This document shows positions 41,096 to 52,073 of a stretch of 64,000 bases of DNA, in pieces. Both the position numbers and the translations under genes were made by a program. Position 1 is the stretch's first letter; the number at the start of each line of letters is the position of its first letter. The notes beneath the pieces were generated by a model that was given only the letters and a program-made list of their open reading frames with translations, was not told the DNA's origin and ran no database searches. Source of the DNA: a bacterium (lineage in GTDB: Bacteria; UBA8248); the NCBI GenBank assembly GCA_965200245.1, contig CBDATS010000004.1:1088001-1152000 (forward strand). Direction: 5' to 3'.

Positions 41096-43345
41096 ATGAG
41101 CAAGCCGGGCGATTCCGGAGATATCCTGGATGCGGGACTGGATGAAGAATCAAAACGGGCAGCAGAGGAAATAGCCGCAGAGGCGGAATCCGGCGGCAGG
41201 CAACCCAAGAACCTCACGGCATGGCTCGTCTCCGTCCTGGCCATCTCCTGGTCGTGTTTCCAGCTCTATATCGCATACACCCCCCTGAACTCGATCATCG
41301 CCAGAAGTATCCACCTCACCTTCGCCATTACAATGGTCTATCTGGCCTTCCCCGGAACGAAAACACCGGGCGAGGGCTGGGTTCAGCGCATGTCCATCCA
41401 GCTTTTCCCCGGTTTCATGCGGCCGCAGCGCTCCACCAGGGAGGTCATCCCCTGGTACGACTACGCGCTTGCCATTCTCGCAGGCATGGGCGCATTCTAC
41501 ATGGCCTGGGATTATGTGAACATCATCCAGCGTTCGGGTCTTCCCATAACGCGCGATGTCGTCGTGGGAACGATTCTCGTCGTCCTCCTTCTGGAGGCCG
41601 CGCGGCGCGCGCTCGGGCCCGCATTACCGATACTCGCCATCGTATTCCTGCTCTATTGTTTCGCGGGTCCCTACATGCCTTCGTTCATCGCGCATCCGGG
41701 CGTTCCGCTCGAATTCGTCGTGGATCACATGTACCTGAGCGACAGCGGCATCTGGGGCGTACCCATCGGGGTGTCCACGAGCTTCGTATTCCTCTTCGTG
41801 CTCTTCGGCTCGCTGCTCGACAAGGCGGGGGCGGCGAACTACTTCGTGCAGGTTGCCTTCGCGGCGCTGGGCCGCTTCCGGGGCGGACCCGCCAAGGCGG
41901 CCGTGGTCGCCTCGGGCATGACGGGTCTGGTCTCGGGTTCGTCCATCGCAAACGTCGCGACGACAGGAACCTTCACGATTCCGCTCATGAAGAAGGTGGG
42001 CCTGCCCCCCTACAAGGCGGGTGCCGTAGAGGTGGGTGCGAGCACGAACGGACAGCTCATGCCCCCGGTCATGGGCGCCGCCGCGTTCATCATGGCTGAG
42101 TTTCTGGGGCTGGCATATCTCGACGTGGTGCGCGCCGCGATTCTGCCGGCCCTGCTTTCCTACATCGCCCTTTTCTACGTCGTGCATCTCGAGGCGCTCA
42201 AGCTTAACCTGAGGCCGCTCGAAGCGGATGAACTGCCTTCTTTCTGGAGCACGCTGATTGGCGGCATACACTACGTCGTCCCCATCCTGGCCCTCATATA
42301 CACGCTCGTTATCCTGCGCATGTCGGCCGTGGCGTCGGCCTTCAACGCGATTCTGCTGACCATGGCGATCATCGTCATCCAGCGTCCCATGGAAAACACC
42401 ATCCATGTCCTGCGTGACATGAAGCGGGAGAAGGGCGTCGAACACCTTCGGGAGCTGTTCGGCGAGGCACACTTCAGACAGCTCGAAGAACGCCTCTGGC
42501 ATGGGGTGCTCGCCGGCTTCGGGCAGAGCTTCGGCGATGTGTGGCAGGGTCTGATGGCGGGTGCGAAGAACATGATGGGCATCGGCGTGGCGACGGCAGC
42601 GGCGGGCATCATCGTCGGCACCGTGACGCTCACGGGTCTCAGCGGCCGCTTCATCGAACTTATCGAAATCGTCTCGCTCGGCAACGTAGTGCTCATGCTC
42701 GTTCTCACGGCGATCTGCTCCCTCGTGCTGGGCATGGGCCTGCCCACGACGGCGAACTACATCGTCATGGCGACGCTCACCGCGCCCGTCATCGTGAGCC
42801 TGGGTGGAAAGGCGGGCCTCGTAGTGCCCCTGCTCGCGGCACATCTGTTCGTTTTCTATTTCGGTATTCTGGCGGACGACACGCCGCCCGTGGGTCTCGC
42901 CGCGTTCGCCGCCTCGGCGATTGCCAAGTCCGATCCCATCCAGACGGGTGTGCAGGGCTTCGTCTACGATCTGCGAACAGCCGTGCTTCCGTTCGTCTTC
43001 ATATACAACCTGGAACTCCTGATGATGCAGGGTGTCGGTCCCAAGGGCGAGATCATCTGGATAAACGATTTTCTCAAAATCGCCTGGGTGTGCGTGGTTT
43101 CCCTGGCGGCGATGTTCGCCTTCGCATCCGCGCTTCAGGGCTATTTCGCCGACAATTGCAACTGGGGCGAACGCGCGATCCTGATGGTGGTGTGCATTTC
43201 GGCGTTCAGACCTTCGCTCATCACGGATTTCACCGGCGGTTCGCGCCCCGTGGTGCAACTCATTGCCGTGGCGATTTTCGCCGCCCTGTACTGGTATCAG
43301 CGAAGCAGGCGAAACGGGCGCACACCGCAGCCCGAGCCCGCCTGA
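41096..43345 (+). CDS. TRAP transporter fused 4TM/12TM permease
   Basis: GGPAKAAV, SGSSIANV..TG.FTIPLMK, GQLMPPVMGAAAF, LGMGLPTTANY, DDTPPVGLAA. Confidence 0.95.
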   Translation: MSKPGDSGDILDAGLDEESKRAAEEIAAEAESGGRQPKNLTAWLVSVLAISWSCFQLYIAYTPLNSIIARSIHLTFAITMVYLAFPGTKTPGEGWVQRMSIQLFPGFMRPQRSTREVIPWYDYALAILAGMGAFYMAWDYVNIIQRSGLPITRDVVVGTILVVLLLEAARRALGPALPILAIVFLLYCFAGPYMPSFIAHPGVPLEFVVDHMYLSDSGIWGVPIGVSTSFVFLFVLFGSLLDKAGAANYFVQVAFAALGRFRGGPAKAAVVASGMTGLVSGSSIANVATTGTFTIPLMKKVGLPPYKAGAVEVGASTNGQLMPPVMGAAAFIMAEFLGLAYLDVVRAAILPALLSYIALFYVVHLEALKLNLRPLEADELPSFWSTLIGGIHYVVPILALIYTLVILRMSAVASAFNAILLTMAIIVIQRPMENTIHVLRDMKREKGVEHLRELFGEAHFRQLEERLWHGVLAGFGQSFGDVWQGLMAGAKNMMGIGVATAAAGIIVGTVTLTGLSGRFIELIEIVSLGNVVLMLVLTAICSLVLGMGLPTTANYIVMATLTAPVIVSLGGKAGLVVPLLAAHLFVFYFGILADDTPPVGLAAFAASAIAKSDPIQTGVQGFVYDLRTAVLPFVFIYNLELLMMQGVGPKGEIIWINDFLKIAWVCVVSLAAMFAFASALQGYFADNCNWGERAILMVVCISAFRPSLITDFTGGSRPVVQLIAVAIFAALYWYQRSRRNGRTPQPEPA

Positions 43346-43437
43346 CCCGCCCGGGCCACACAACCTCACTCCAGCCAATTCAGTTTCTCCCACGGTTCCA
43401 GTGCGAGATCGAGTTGTGGTACGCTTGGCGGCCTTGT

Positions 43438-43518
<81 letters not shown>

Positions 43519-43674
43519 AAACTCCCTCTGCATGCCCATTTCCTGCCAATCGGGATGCGCATCCTGAAACTTCATTCCTGCCTGCAGTGCGCAAACCTGC
43601 TCGATTCTGCTACCTTATGGCCGGATGAATCTCCCATATTCATGAATCGTCGTATTTCTTACAGGAGTGCGTTC

Positions 43675-44862
43675 GTGCAGGAACATTCTCTACCACTGTC
43701 CCGTTTCAAGGTTCTGGATCTTACCCGCGCGCGGGCCGGCCCCACGGCAGTTCGCCAGTTCGCGGATTGGGGGGCGGACGTCATCAAGATAGAAGCGCCG
43801 GCAGGAAGCGGCTTTTCGGACAACATGGCCCAGCCCCGTCACGGGTACGAGGCGCAGAACCTGCACCGCAACAAGAAGGGCATGACACTCAACCTGCGCG
43901 AGGAGAAGGGTCGCGGGATATTCTTCCGCATGGTGGAAGGCGCCGATGTTGTCATCGAGAACTACCGGCCCGACGTGAAGCACCGCCTGGGCGTGGACTA
44001 CGAAGCGTGCCGCGCGGTGAACCCGCGCATCGTCTACGGAAGCATTTCCGGTTTCGGGCAGGAGGGGCCCTACCGCAAGCGACCGGGGCTGGACCAGATA
44101 GCCCAGGGACTGAGCGGTCTCATGTCCGTCACGGGCAGGCCGGGGGACGGACCCATGCGGGTGGGCATTCCCCTCGCCGACCTCTCGGCGGGGTTCATGC
44201 TCGCGCAGGGGCTTCTCATCGCACTGCTCGAGCGCGAAGTATCGGGTGAGGGACAGTGGGTGCACACCTCGCTTCTCGAAGCCCAGATCCAGATGATGGA
44301 CTTTCAGGCCGCCCGGTATCTCCGTTTCGATGAAGTGCCCACCCAGCAGGGGAACAACCACCCCACCTTTTTGCCGGCGGGCGTCTTCGAGACGGCGGAC
44401 GGGCGCATCAACATCCAGTCCGGCCCCCAGCATCTCTGGGAACGTCTCGTGCACGCGCTCGAGATGCCCGAACTGCTCGAGAATCCCGACTATGCGGATA
44501 TCCCCAGGCGCTTCGAAAACAAGGTGGCGCTGCAGGAGACCATCGCGCGTCGGACGAAGACGAAATCGAGTGCCGAGTGGATAGGGATTCTCAACGAGGC
44601 GGGAATCCCTTGCGGTCCCATCTACACGGTGGACGAGACGTTCGCCGACCCCCAGGTCAAGGGTCTGAACATGGCACCCGAGGTGGATCATCCCGAGATC
44701 GGGCCGATCAAGATCGTCGGCCAGGCGGTCAAACTCGCACGAACGCCGCAGAAAATGAGAGGCGCCGCGCCCGAGATGGGTGCGCACACGGAGGAGATTC
44801 TGGGAGAATTGGGCTACGATGCGGACTCAATACGCCAATTGCGCGATGAGGGCATCGTCTAG
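43675..44862 (+). CDS. Class III CoA-transferase (CaiB/BaiF family)
   Basis: VLDLTRARAGP, GADVIKIE, HRNKK, ENYRP, SISGFGQ.GP, PLAD, APEMGAHT. Confidence 0.95.
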   Translation: MQEHSLPLSRFKVLDLTRARAGPTAVRQFADWGADVIKIEAPAGSGFSDNMAQPRHGYEAQNLHRNKKGMTLNLREEKGRGIFFRMVEGADVVIENYRPDVKHRLGVDYEACRAVNPRIVYGSISGFGQEGPYRKRPGLDQIAQGLSGLMSVTGRPGDGPMRVGIPLADLSAGFMLAQGLLIALLEREVSGEGQWVHTSLLEAQIQMMDFQAARYLRFDEVPTQQGNNHPTFLPAGVFETADGRINIQSGPQHLWERLVHALEMPELLENPDYADIPRRFENKVALQETIARRTKTKSSAEWIGILNEAGIPCGPIYTVDETFADPQVKGLNMAPEVDHPEIGPIKIVGQAVKLARTPQKMRGAAPEMGAHTEEILGELGYDADSIRQLRDEGIV

Positions 44863-44893
44863 GAACGATCCTGCCCCCTCGGGGGCGCAGCGT

Positions 44894-45700
44894 ATGGAGC
44901 AAGGCATGCAGTTATCGACGGAGAAGATGGCTTACGAGGTGGACGACGGTATCGGCTGGATGATCTTCAACAACCCGGAGCGAAGGAACGCGCTCTCACT
45001 CGAGATGTGGGGGGCCATCGCCGAGATACTTAACTGGTATGAGGCCGACGACGCCATTCGCGTCGTGGTGATGAAGGGCGCGGGCGACAGGGCGTTCGTC
45101 TCGGGCGCGGACATCTCACAGTTCGCAAAGAACAGGAGCAACGCCGAGCAGGCCGCCGAATATACGCGGATATCCGAAGAGGCCAAACAGGTCATGGGGG
45201 ACGTGAAAAAACCCCTGATCGCGATGATCCGCGGTTACTGTCTTGGCGGCGGGCTGGGAATCGCGTTGAACGCGGACATCCGCATCGCGGCGGATGATTC
45301 GCAGTTCGGAATCCCCGCCGGGCGTCTGGGCATCGCCTACGGCTTCGACAACCTGAAACAACTCGTCGACCTGGTGGGACCCGCCAGGGCGAAGGAGATT
45401 CTTTTCACGGCCCGGCGCATTCCGGCGACGAAGGCACTTGAAATCGGACTGGTGAACGAGGTGGTGCCCGTGGATGAACTCGAGGATTACGTGATGGACA
45501 TGGCCTCCACCATCGCGGACAACGCGCCGCTTTCGGTCAAGGCGTCGAAGCTCACCATTGGCGAAGTGGTGAAAGACGGCGCGGATCGCGATTTCGAGAT
45601 GATCGCGAGGCTTTCCGAGGAATGCTTCAACAGTGCCGACTACAAAGAGGGCCGCACCGCGTTCATGGAAAAGAGAAAACCCGTCTTCACGGGCCGATAA
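44894..45700 (+). CDS. Enoyl-CoA hydratase/isomerase family protein
   Basis: NNPERRNAL, AFVSGADI, CLGGGL, FGIPAGRLG, EGRTAFMEKRKPVF. Confidence 0.93.
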   Translation: MEQGMQLSTEKMAYEVDDGIGWMIFNNPERRNALSLEMWGAIAEILNWYEADDAIRVVVMKGAGDRAFVSGADISQFAKNRSNAEQAAEYTRISEEAKQVMGDVKKPLIAMIRGYCLGGGLGIALNADIRIAADDSQFGIPAGRLGIAYGFDNLKQLVDLVGPARAKEILFTARRIPATKALEIGLVNEVVPVDELEDYVMDMASTIADNAPLSVKASKLTIGEVVKDGADRDFEMIARLSEECFNSADYKEGRTAFMEKRKPVFTGR

Positions 45701-45722
45701 TCCGCCGGGCCGGGAGAATCCA

Positions 45723-46304
45723 GTGAACGATGAGAGATTCGTCAACGTCATCTCTCCCGAGGGTATCCCCAGGATACCGGATGAAGCGCTCAATCCCAGG
45801 CCCGGGACGCTGGGGGGCGCCACTCTCGGAATTCTCGAGAACAACAAGGAGTTTTCCGACTGGGTGCTGGACAGGGTGCGCGAGAGGCTTCGGGATTCCT
45901 TTGACATCAAGAACGTCGTCCAGCGCTGCAAGCATCACCTCGCCCAGCCGGCGGCACCTGAAATTCTCGAAGAACTGAGCGCAAACTGCGATGTCGTCAT
46001 GGTCGGTGTGGGCCACTGAGGCTCTTCCACGTCGTGGAGTGTCCGCGACGCGGTCCGGCTCGAAAGGCTGGGGAGTCCCGCCTGCGTTATCGTGAGCCGG
46101 GGCTTCAGCTACAGTGGGCGCGCGATAGCGCGCAGACAGGGCTATGGCGGCCTGCCTGTCATCGAGATGGATCACCCCCTCGCCGCTCCCGAAAGGGATG
46201 CGCTTCATCCGAAGGCGGACGCCATCGTGGAGGAAGTCGTTTTCGCCCTCACGCGCAACGCGGAGAAAAAATTCCGGGGGCCGGTGAATCTTTGCCCGAA
46301 ATAG
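45723..46304 (+). CDS. UGSC-family selenoprotein (U-G-S-S variant)
   Basis: ORFs ending 46019 and 46092..46304 are in frame: LGILENNK...CDVVMVGVGH-U-GSSTSWSVRDAVRLERLGVPACVIVS..F...HPLA. UGA at 46017-46019 sits at the redox position of the family motif. Confidence 0.88.
46030..46050 (+). promoter_or_regulatory. Candidate bacterial SECIS element
   Basis: CGUCGUGGA-GUG-UCCGCGACG hairpin starting 11 nt after the UGA, with GU in the apical loop. Confidence 0.72.
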
Positions 46305-46316
46305 GGGAGAGGGGAT

Positions 46317-47389
46317 TTGGCCGGGAACGCAGGAAACCCCGCCTCCGGGGCGGGCAGGCGGATTCTGCCGATCGCGGGTTCCCTCGAAGAGGTGAACACC
46401 TATTTCTACGAGCACGGCTGGACGGACGGCCTGCCCATCGTCCCGCCAACGCGCGAACGGGTGGAGACCCTGCTCGCAGGCTGGACGGACGACCGGATGA
46501 GGAGATCGCGGAAGTTCCTCCGCTAATGGGGGTGGCAACGGTACGTGCCGTCGCGGTGAACGCCGTGATGGCGGGATGCTTGCCCGAATATCTGCCCGTG
46601 GTCGTTGCGGCCCTGTCCGCCGCCACCAAGCCGCGCTATGGGCTCAGTCACCGTCAAACGACGACTCACCCCGCCACCGCGCTCATCATCGTGAACGGTC
46701 CCATCGCCAAGCGGCTCAGGATTAATTCGGGTTCGGGCCTGTTCGGCCCCGGCTGGCGGGCGAACGCGACGATAGGCCGTGCGCTCAGGCTATGCCTCAT
46801 CAACCTGGGCGGCGCCGTTCCCGGCGAGGTGGACCGCGCCCAGCACGCACATCCGGGGAAATACACCTACTGCATTGCGGAAAACGAAAGGGCGAACCCC
46901 TGGGAGCCTTATCACGTCGAGCGCGGCTTCGCGCCGATGGAGAGCACGGTGACACTCACCTGCGGCGAGGCCCCCCACTGCATCACGGACAACTACAACA
47001 CTGACCCCCACACGCTTCTTTTCGGCTACGCGGACTCGATGGCCACACTGGGCGGGAACAATCTCTCCTCCCAGGGAGAGCCCGCCCTGGTCATGGCGCC
47101 CGAACACGCCGCCTGTATCGCACAGGCGGGCTGGAGCAAGGCGGACGTGAAACGCTACCTCTTCGAGAAGGCGAGGAAACCCTGGAAGCATGTGGGCGTC
47201 CGGGGAAAATCGAAAGGCCCGACCTTTCCTGTCTGGGTCGACAGGACGGACCCCGAAGCCTCCGTGCCCATCCTTACCCACGCTGACGCCCTCATTCTCA
47301 TCGTGGGGGGAGGCGAGGGCCAGAAATCCATGTGGACACCCACCCCCGGCGCGCAGACGCTGAGCGTGATCGAAAAAATCCGGGAATAA
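46317..47389 (+). pseudogene. UGSC-associated conserved protein with apparent 1-nt frameshift
   Basis: GWTDGLPIVPPTRERVETLLAG in ORF 46317..46526 continues as RPDEEIAEVPP...AVNAVMAGCLPEYLPVV...GWRANATIGRALRL in another frame; shift near 46480-46490. Confidence 0.75.
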
Positions 47390-47892
47390 GGGCAGGAACT
47401 TGTGGCAGGAATTTCTGGTCTCCTGCATGAAAACGACGGGAAATGGTGAAATGAAAAACCCTGCCAGGTTATGAGACCCAGTGGATCAACCCAGGATGAA
47501 AGAAGATATCGTTTTTCCCTTGAGTCTGCTTTCGAAGAGTGAGGTCCAGCGCTCATCGCGACCTGCGTTGGACGACACCCGCGCACCAGGAGCACGTCGA
47601 AGGTAGCCGCCGATACCGGTTATGGGTAGAAAGAGCCCCTGCAAGGCACTCTTGCCTGACGGAAATCACCGAGTGCGCCACCCTGCCCAGGGTCACGCGC
47701 GCCCTGGGCTTTCATGTTCATCCATCGGCCCGAGAGGAACGTGACTTCCCTCGTCTCTCCCACAATATCCGGGGAAAAAATTTGAGAGATTTTTCCCGTT
47801 GTGTTATCCTGAATCATCGAAACGGAATATGAACATTTGTGAGTGTTTATTATCCCTGAACGTCCGTGAGAACCCACAAGGAGAGGACTGAA

Positions 47893-48918
47893 ATGAAAAA
47901 GTACATGTTCAACGTAGTTTTCGTAATGACCATCCTAGCAATGACAGCAGGTGCCGCATTCGCTGCCAGCCCGACCCTGGAAACGGTGAAAAAGCGGGGC
48001 CAGCTCATTTGCGGTGTCAACACCGGCCTCACCGGCTTCTCGGCACCCGATGACAAGGGTGTCTGGAGGGGTTTCGACGTCGATTACTGCCGCGGCATCA
48101 GCGCCGCCGTATTCGGCAACCCCGACAAGGTGAGTTACAAGCCGTTGACTGGAAAGACGCGTTTCCCGGCGCTTCAGTCGGGCGAGATCGACGTTCTCTC
48201 GCGTAACACGACATGGACTTTCAAGCGTGACGTGAACCTCGGCTTCGAGTTTGTGGGCGTGTTGTACTACGACGGGCAGGGCTTCATCGCGCGCAAGTCC
48301 CTGGGCGTCAAGAGCGCCAAGGAGCTGAACGGTGCCTCGATCTGCATCCAGACGGGCACGACGACCGAGCTCAACCTAGCGGACTTTTTCCGCAGCAACA
48401 AGATGAAGTTCAAATCGGTCGTCGTCGAGGATGCGGCCGAGGCGCGCCAGAACTACGCCGCGAATCGCTGCGATGCATACACGACGGACCGTTCCGGCCT
48501 CGCAGCACAGCGTTCCGTGCTCAAGAACCCCGCCGACCACGTGATTCTTCCCGAAATCATCTCCAAAGAGCCTCTCGGCCCCGTCGTTCGCCACGGCGAC
48601 AATGTGTGGGGCGACATCGCCCGCTGGGTGCGCAACGCTCTCATCGTCGCGGAAGAATTCGGCGTCACCTCGAAGAACGTCGACGCGATGAAGAAGTCGA
48701 ACAACCCCGAGGTGAAACGCCTCCTCGGTCAGGAAGGCGACTTCGGAAGCATGCTCGGCCTCCCGAAAGACTGGGCCTACAACGTCATCAAGAGCGTGGG
48801 CAACTACTCGGAGATCTACGAGCGCCACATCGGCCCCAAGACGGCCATCGGCCTCGCTCGCGGCTACAACCAGCTTTGGACGAAGGGCGGCATTCTCTAC
48901 GCGCCTCCGTTCCGCTAA
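47893..48918 (+). CDS. aapJ: General L-amino acid ABC transporter substrate-binding protein
   Basis: LICGVNTGLTGFS, GFDVDYC, RNTTWT, YYDGQGF, ISKEPLGP, GGILYAPPFR. Confidence 0.95.
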   Translation: MKKYMFNVVFVMTILAMTAGAAFAASPTLETVKKRGQLICGVNTGLTGFSAPDDKGVWRGFDVDYCRGISAAVFGNPDKVSYKPLTGKTRFPALQSGEIDVLSRNTTWTFKRDVNLGFEFVGVLYYDGQGFIARKSLGVKSAKELNGASICIQTGTTTELNLADFFRSNKMKFKSVVVEDAAEARQNYAANRCDAYTTDRSGLAAQRSVLKNPADHVILPEIISKEPLGPVVRHGDNVWGDIARWVRNALIVAEEFGVTSKNVDAMKKSNNPEVKRLLGQEGDFGSMLGLPKDWAYNVIKSVGNYSEIYERHIGPKTAIGLARGYNQLWTKGGILYAPPFR

Positions 48919-48980
48919 GCCAGCCAAACTGATAAAGCAAGAACGCACCGTCGGCGATTTTTTCATTCCGGGGGCACTTG

Positions 48981-50180
48981 ATGGCGGCGGGTACTCAAGA
49001 AGGCGGCGGACGCCAAGGTTCCTCGAGTTGGTGGTACGACCCGAAAACCCGGGCGATCGTGTTTCAGGTCGCCTTCGCATTGTCCCTCATCGGCATTGCG
49101 ATTTACCTCGTCCACAACACGCTCATCAATCTCGAAAAACGGAACATCAAGACGGGTTTCGATTTTCTTTTCAACCCGGCGGGCTTCGAGATTCCCCTCA
49201 CGCTCATCCCGTATTCCGTCGAGACGGGCTCGACCCACGGAGCGGTCTTCATCGCCGGCCTGCTGAACACGTTCCTGATATCGGCCCTCGGGATCGTGCT
49301 GGCGACGGTTCTCGGCTTCATACTCGGCGTGCTCAGGCTCTCGAACAACTGGCTGGTATCAAGACTGGTGGGCGTCTACATCGAGTCGGTACGCAATGTG
49401 CCGCTTCTGCTGCAGTTCCTGTTCTGGCATTTCGCGGTCTTTCAGTCGCTGCCCCTGGTACGCCGGGCAATACCGATTTTTGACACGATTTACATCCATA
49501 ACCGCGGCCTCACGGTTCCCAGACCCATACCCCTGCCGGGCTTCATGGTGGTAGCAGTGTCGGTCTTCGTCGCGGTCGCGGCGATTATCTATCTCAGGAA
49601 ATGGGCGCGCAGGCGGCAGGACGAGACGGGTGAGCAGTTCCCCGTCTTCTGGGCATCGCTTGGCATCCTGATAGGTGTTCCGTTACTCGCCTCGGCCGTG
49701 GCCGGCTTTCCGCTCACATGGGAATACGCAAAACTGGGCCGGTTCCGCTTCACGGGTGGGCTGGAAATCCAGATAGAGCTCTTCTCCGCATTGACTGCGC
49801 TCACGGTCTACACTTCATCGTTCATCGCCGAGATCGTGCGGGCGGGCATCCTCGCCGTATCGCACGGACAGCGCGAAGCCTCCTATTCGCTGGGAGTACG
49901 GCCGGAGCCGACATTACGGCTCGTCATCATCCCCCAGGCACTCCGTGTCATTGTGCCGCCACTGGTGAGTCAGTATCTCAACCTCACGAAAAACTCCTCG
50001 CTCGGCATCGCCATCGGCTATCCCGATCTGTTCAACGTCTTCGGCGGCATCTCGCTGAACCAGACTGGACAGGCCATAGAGATTATCTTCATGTGCATGG
50101 TCGTCTATCTGACCTTCAGTCTGCTGATATCGCTCTACATGAACTGGTACAACAGGCGCATTTCGCTGGTGGAGCGGTGA
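48981..50180 (+). CDS. aapQ: General L-amino acid ABC transporter permease
   Basis: GFDFL...AGF, RNVPLLLQ, AEIVRAGI, YLNLTKNSSL, YNRRISLVER. Confidence 0.95.
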   Translation: MAAGTQEGGGRQGSSSWWYDPKTRAIVFQVAFALSLIGIAIYLVHNTLINLEKRNIKTGFDFLFNPAGFEIPLTLIPYSVETGSTHGAVFIAGLLNTFLISALGIVLATVLGFILGVLRLSNNWLVSRLVGVYIESVRNVPLLLQFLFWHFAVFQSLPLVRRAIPIFDTIYIHNRGLTVPRPIPLPGFMVVAVSVFVAVAAIIYLRKWARRRQDETGEQFPVFWASLGILIGVPLLASAVAGFPLTWEYAKLGRFRFTGGLEIQIELFSALTALTVYTSSFIAEIVRAGILAVSHGQREASYSLGVRPEPTLRLVIIPQALRVIVPPLVSQYLNLTKNSSLGIAIGYPDLFNVFGGISLNQTGQAIEIIFMCMVVYLTFSLLISLYMNWYNRRISLVER

Positions 50181-50184
50181 TTCC

Positions 50185-51315
50185 ATGAGCGCATTCGCGA
50201 ACAATCCGGGCGGGGGCTTCGTGCGCACCGAGCACATACTGCAGTCACCACCGCCGGTCTCGACCGTAGGCATCCTGGGCTGGATGCGGGCGAACCTCTT
50301 CTCTTCGCCGTTCAACACGGCACTCACGCTGCTTACACTCTACATCCTGTATTCCTTCGTTCCGCCGCTGTTCGAGTGGGCCTTCATCAACTCGCTCTGG
50401 GAGGGGCAATCCAACAAGGACTGCCGGGGCATCGAGGGTGCCTGCTGGGTACTGGTGCCGAAGCGATTCGGACAGTTCATCTACGGCTTCTACCCGGAAC
50501 CCGAACGCTGGCGGGTGAACCTGACCTTCATCCTGTTCTGTCTGAACCTTCTGCCGGTGCTCTCGGACAGGGTACCGGGCCGCACGTTCGCGGCGCTTTT
50601 CCTGGTCTTCGGTTTTCCCGTCATCGCCTACTTTCTGCTCCACGGGGCTTTCGGACTGGAGACCGTACCGACGAACAACTGGGGTGGCCTGACGCTCACG
50701 CTCGTATTCGCCTCGGTTGCCATACTGTTCTCCCTGCCCATCGGGATTCTGCTCGCACTCGGGCGGCGCTCGGAAATGCCCGTCGTCCGCACCGTCTGCA
50801 TCGCCTTCATCGAACTCTGGCGCGCGGTGCCGCTCATCACCGTGCTCTTCATGGCCTCGTTCATGCTCCCCCTGTTCACGCCGGAGGGAGTGAACGCCAA
50901 CGAACTGCTGCGCGCCCTGATCGGCTTCACCATGTTCTCATCCGCCTATATGGCCGAGGTCGTGCGAGGCGGTCTTCAGGCCCTTCCCAAAGGCCAGACG
51001 GAAGCCGCCCAGGCGCTGGGGCTCAACTATTGGCTCTCGATGCAGCTCATCATTCTGCCCCAGGCACTCAAGATCGTGATTCCAGGCATCGTCAACACCT
51101 TCATCGCGCTTTTCAAGGATACGGCGCTGGTCTCGATTATCGGACTGTTCGACTTGCTGCTCGTGGCCCGGTCCGCCGTAACGGACCCCAAATGGCTGGG
51201 CCTTGAGCATGAATCCTATACCTTCGCCGCCGTCATCTATTTTGTTTTCTGTTTCAGCATGTCGCGCTACAGCCTCTGGCTTGAGCGCAAGCTAGACACG
51301 GGCCACAGAAACTAA
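50185..51315 (+). CDS. aapM: General L-amino acid ABC transporter permease
   Basis: [38 protein letters not shown]. Confidence 0.95.
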   Translation: MSAFANNPGGGFVRTEHILQSPPPVSTVGILGWMRANLFSSPFNTALTLLTLYILYSFVPPLFEWAFINSLWEGQSNKDCRGIEGACWVLVPKRFGQFIYGFYPEPERWRVNLTFILFCLNLLPVLSDRVPGRTFAALFLVFGFPVIAYFLLHGAFGLETVPTNNWGGLTLTLVFASVAILFSLPIGILLALGRRSEMPVVRTVCIAFIELWRAVPLITVLFMASFMLPLFTPEGVNANELLRALIGFTMFSSAYMAEVVRGGLQALPKGQTEAAQALGLNYWLSMQLIILPQALKIVIPGIVNTFIALFKDTALVSIIGLFDLLLVARSAVTDPKWLGLEHESYTFAAVIYFVFCFSMSRYSLWLERKLDTGHRN

Positions 51316-51332
51316 GGGGAGAGAATGCGCCC

Positions 51333-52073
51333 ATGAGTGAACCGATTATCCGAATCGAGGGCATGAACAAGTGGTTCGGGCAGTTCCACGTCCTGCGCGA
51401 CATCGATCTGACCGTCAACCGGGGAGAGCGCATCGTCATCTGCGGGCCTTCGGGATCAGGCAAATCGACGCTCATCCGCTGCATCAACCGCCTGGAAGAG
51501 CACCAGAAAGGCACGATCATCGTGGAGGGCATCGAACTCACCGGGGACCTCAAGCAAATCGACAACGTGCGCCGTGAAGTCGGCATGGTGTTCCAGCAGT
51601 TCAACCTTTTCCCGCACCTGACAGTGCTCGAGAACTGCACGCTCGCGCCCATCTGGGTACGCAAGACGCCGCGCGCCGAGGCCGAAAAGCTCGCCATGGA
51701 ATATCTGACCCGCGTCAAGATTCCCGAGCAGGCCATGAAATACCCCGGCCAGCTATCGGGCGGGCAGCAGCAGCGCGTCGCGATTGCGCGTTCTTTGTGC
51801 ATGCGGCCCAAGATTATGCTGTTCGATGAACCGACCTCGGCGCTCGACCCCGAGATGATAAAGGAAGTGCTCGATGTCATGGTCGAACTCGCCGAGACAG
51901 AGATGACGATGCTCGTCGTGACGCATGAGATGGGCTTCGCGCGCCAGGTCGCCCACTGCGTCATCTTCATGGACGAGGGCCAAATCGTCGAGCGGAACGA
52001 ACCCGAAGAATTCTTCAACAATCCCCAGTCCGACCGCACGAAACTCTTCCTGAGCCAGATACTTTCGCATTAG
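51333..52073 (+). CDS. aapP: General L-amino acid ABC transporter ATPase
   Basis: [43 protein letters not shown]. Confidence 0.95.
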   Translation: MSEPIIRIEGMNKWFGQFHVLRDIDLTVNRGERIVICGPSGSGKSTLIRCINRLEEHQKGTIIVEGIELTGDLKQIDNVRREVGMVFQQFNLFPHLTVLENCTLAPIWVRKTPRAEAEKLAMEYLTRVKIPEQAMKYPGQLSGGQQQRVAIARSLCMRPKIMLFDEPTSALDPEMIKEVLDVMVELAETEMTMLVVTHEMGFARQVAHCVIFMDEGQIVERNEPEEFFNNPQSDRTKLFLSQILSH

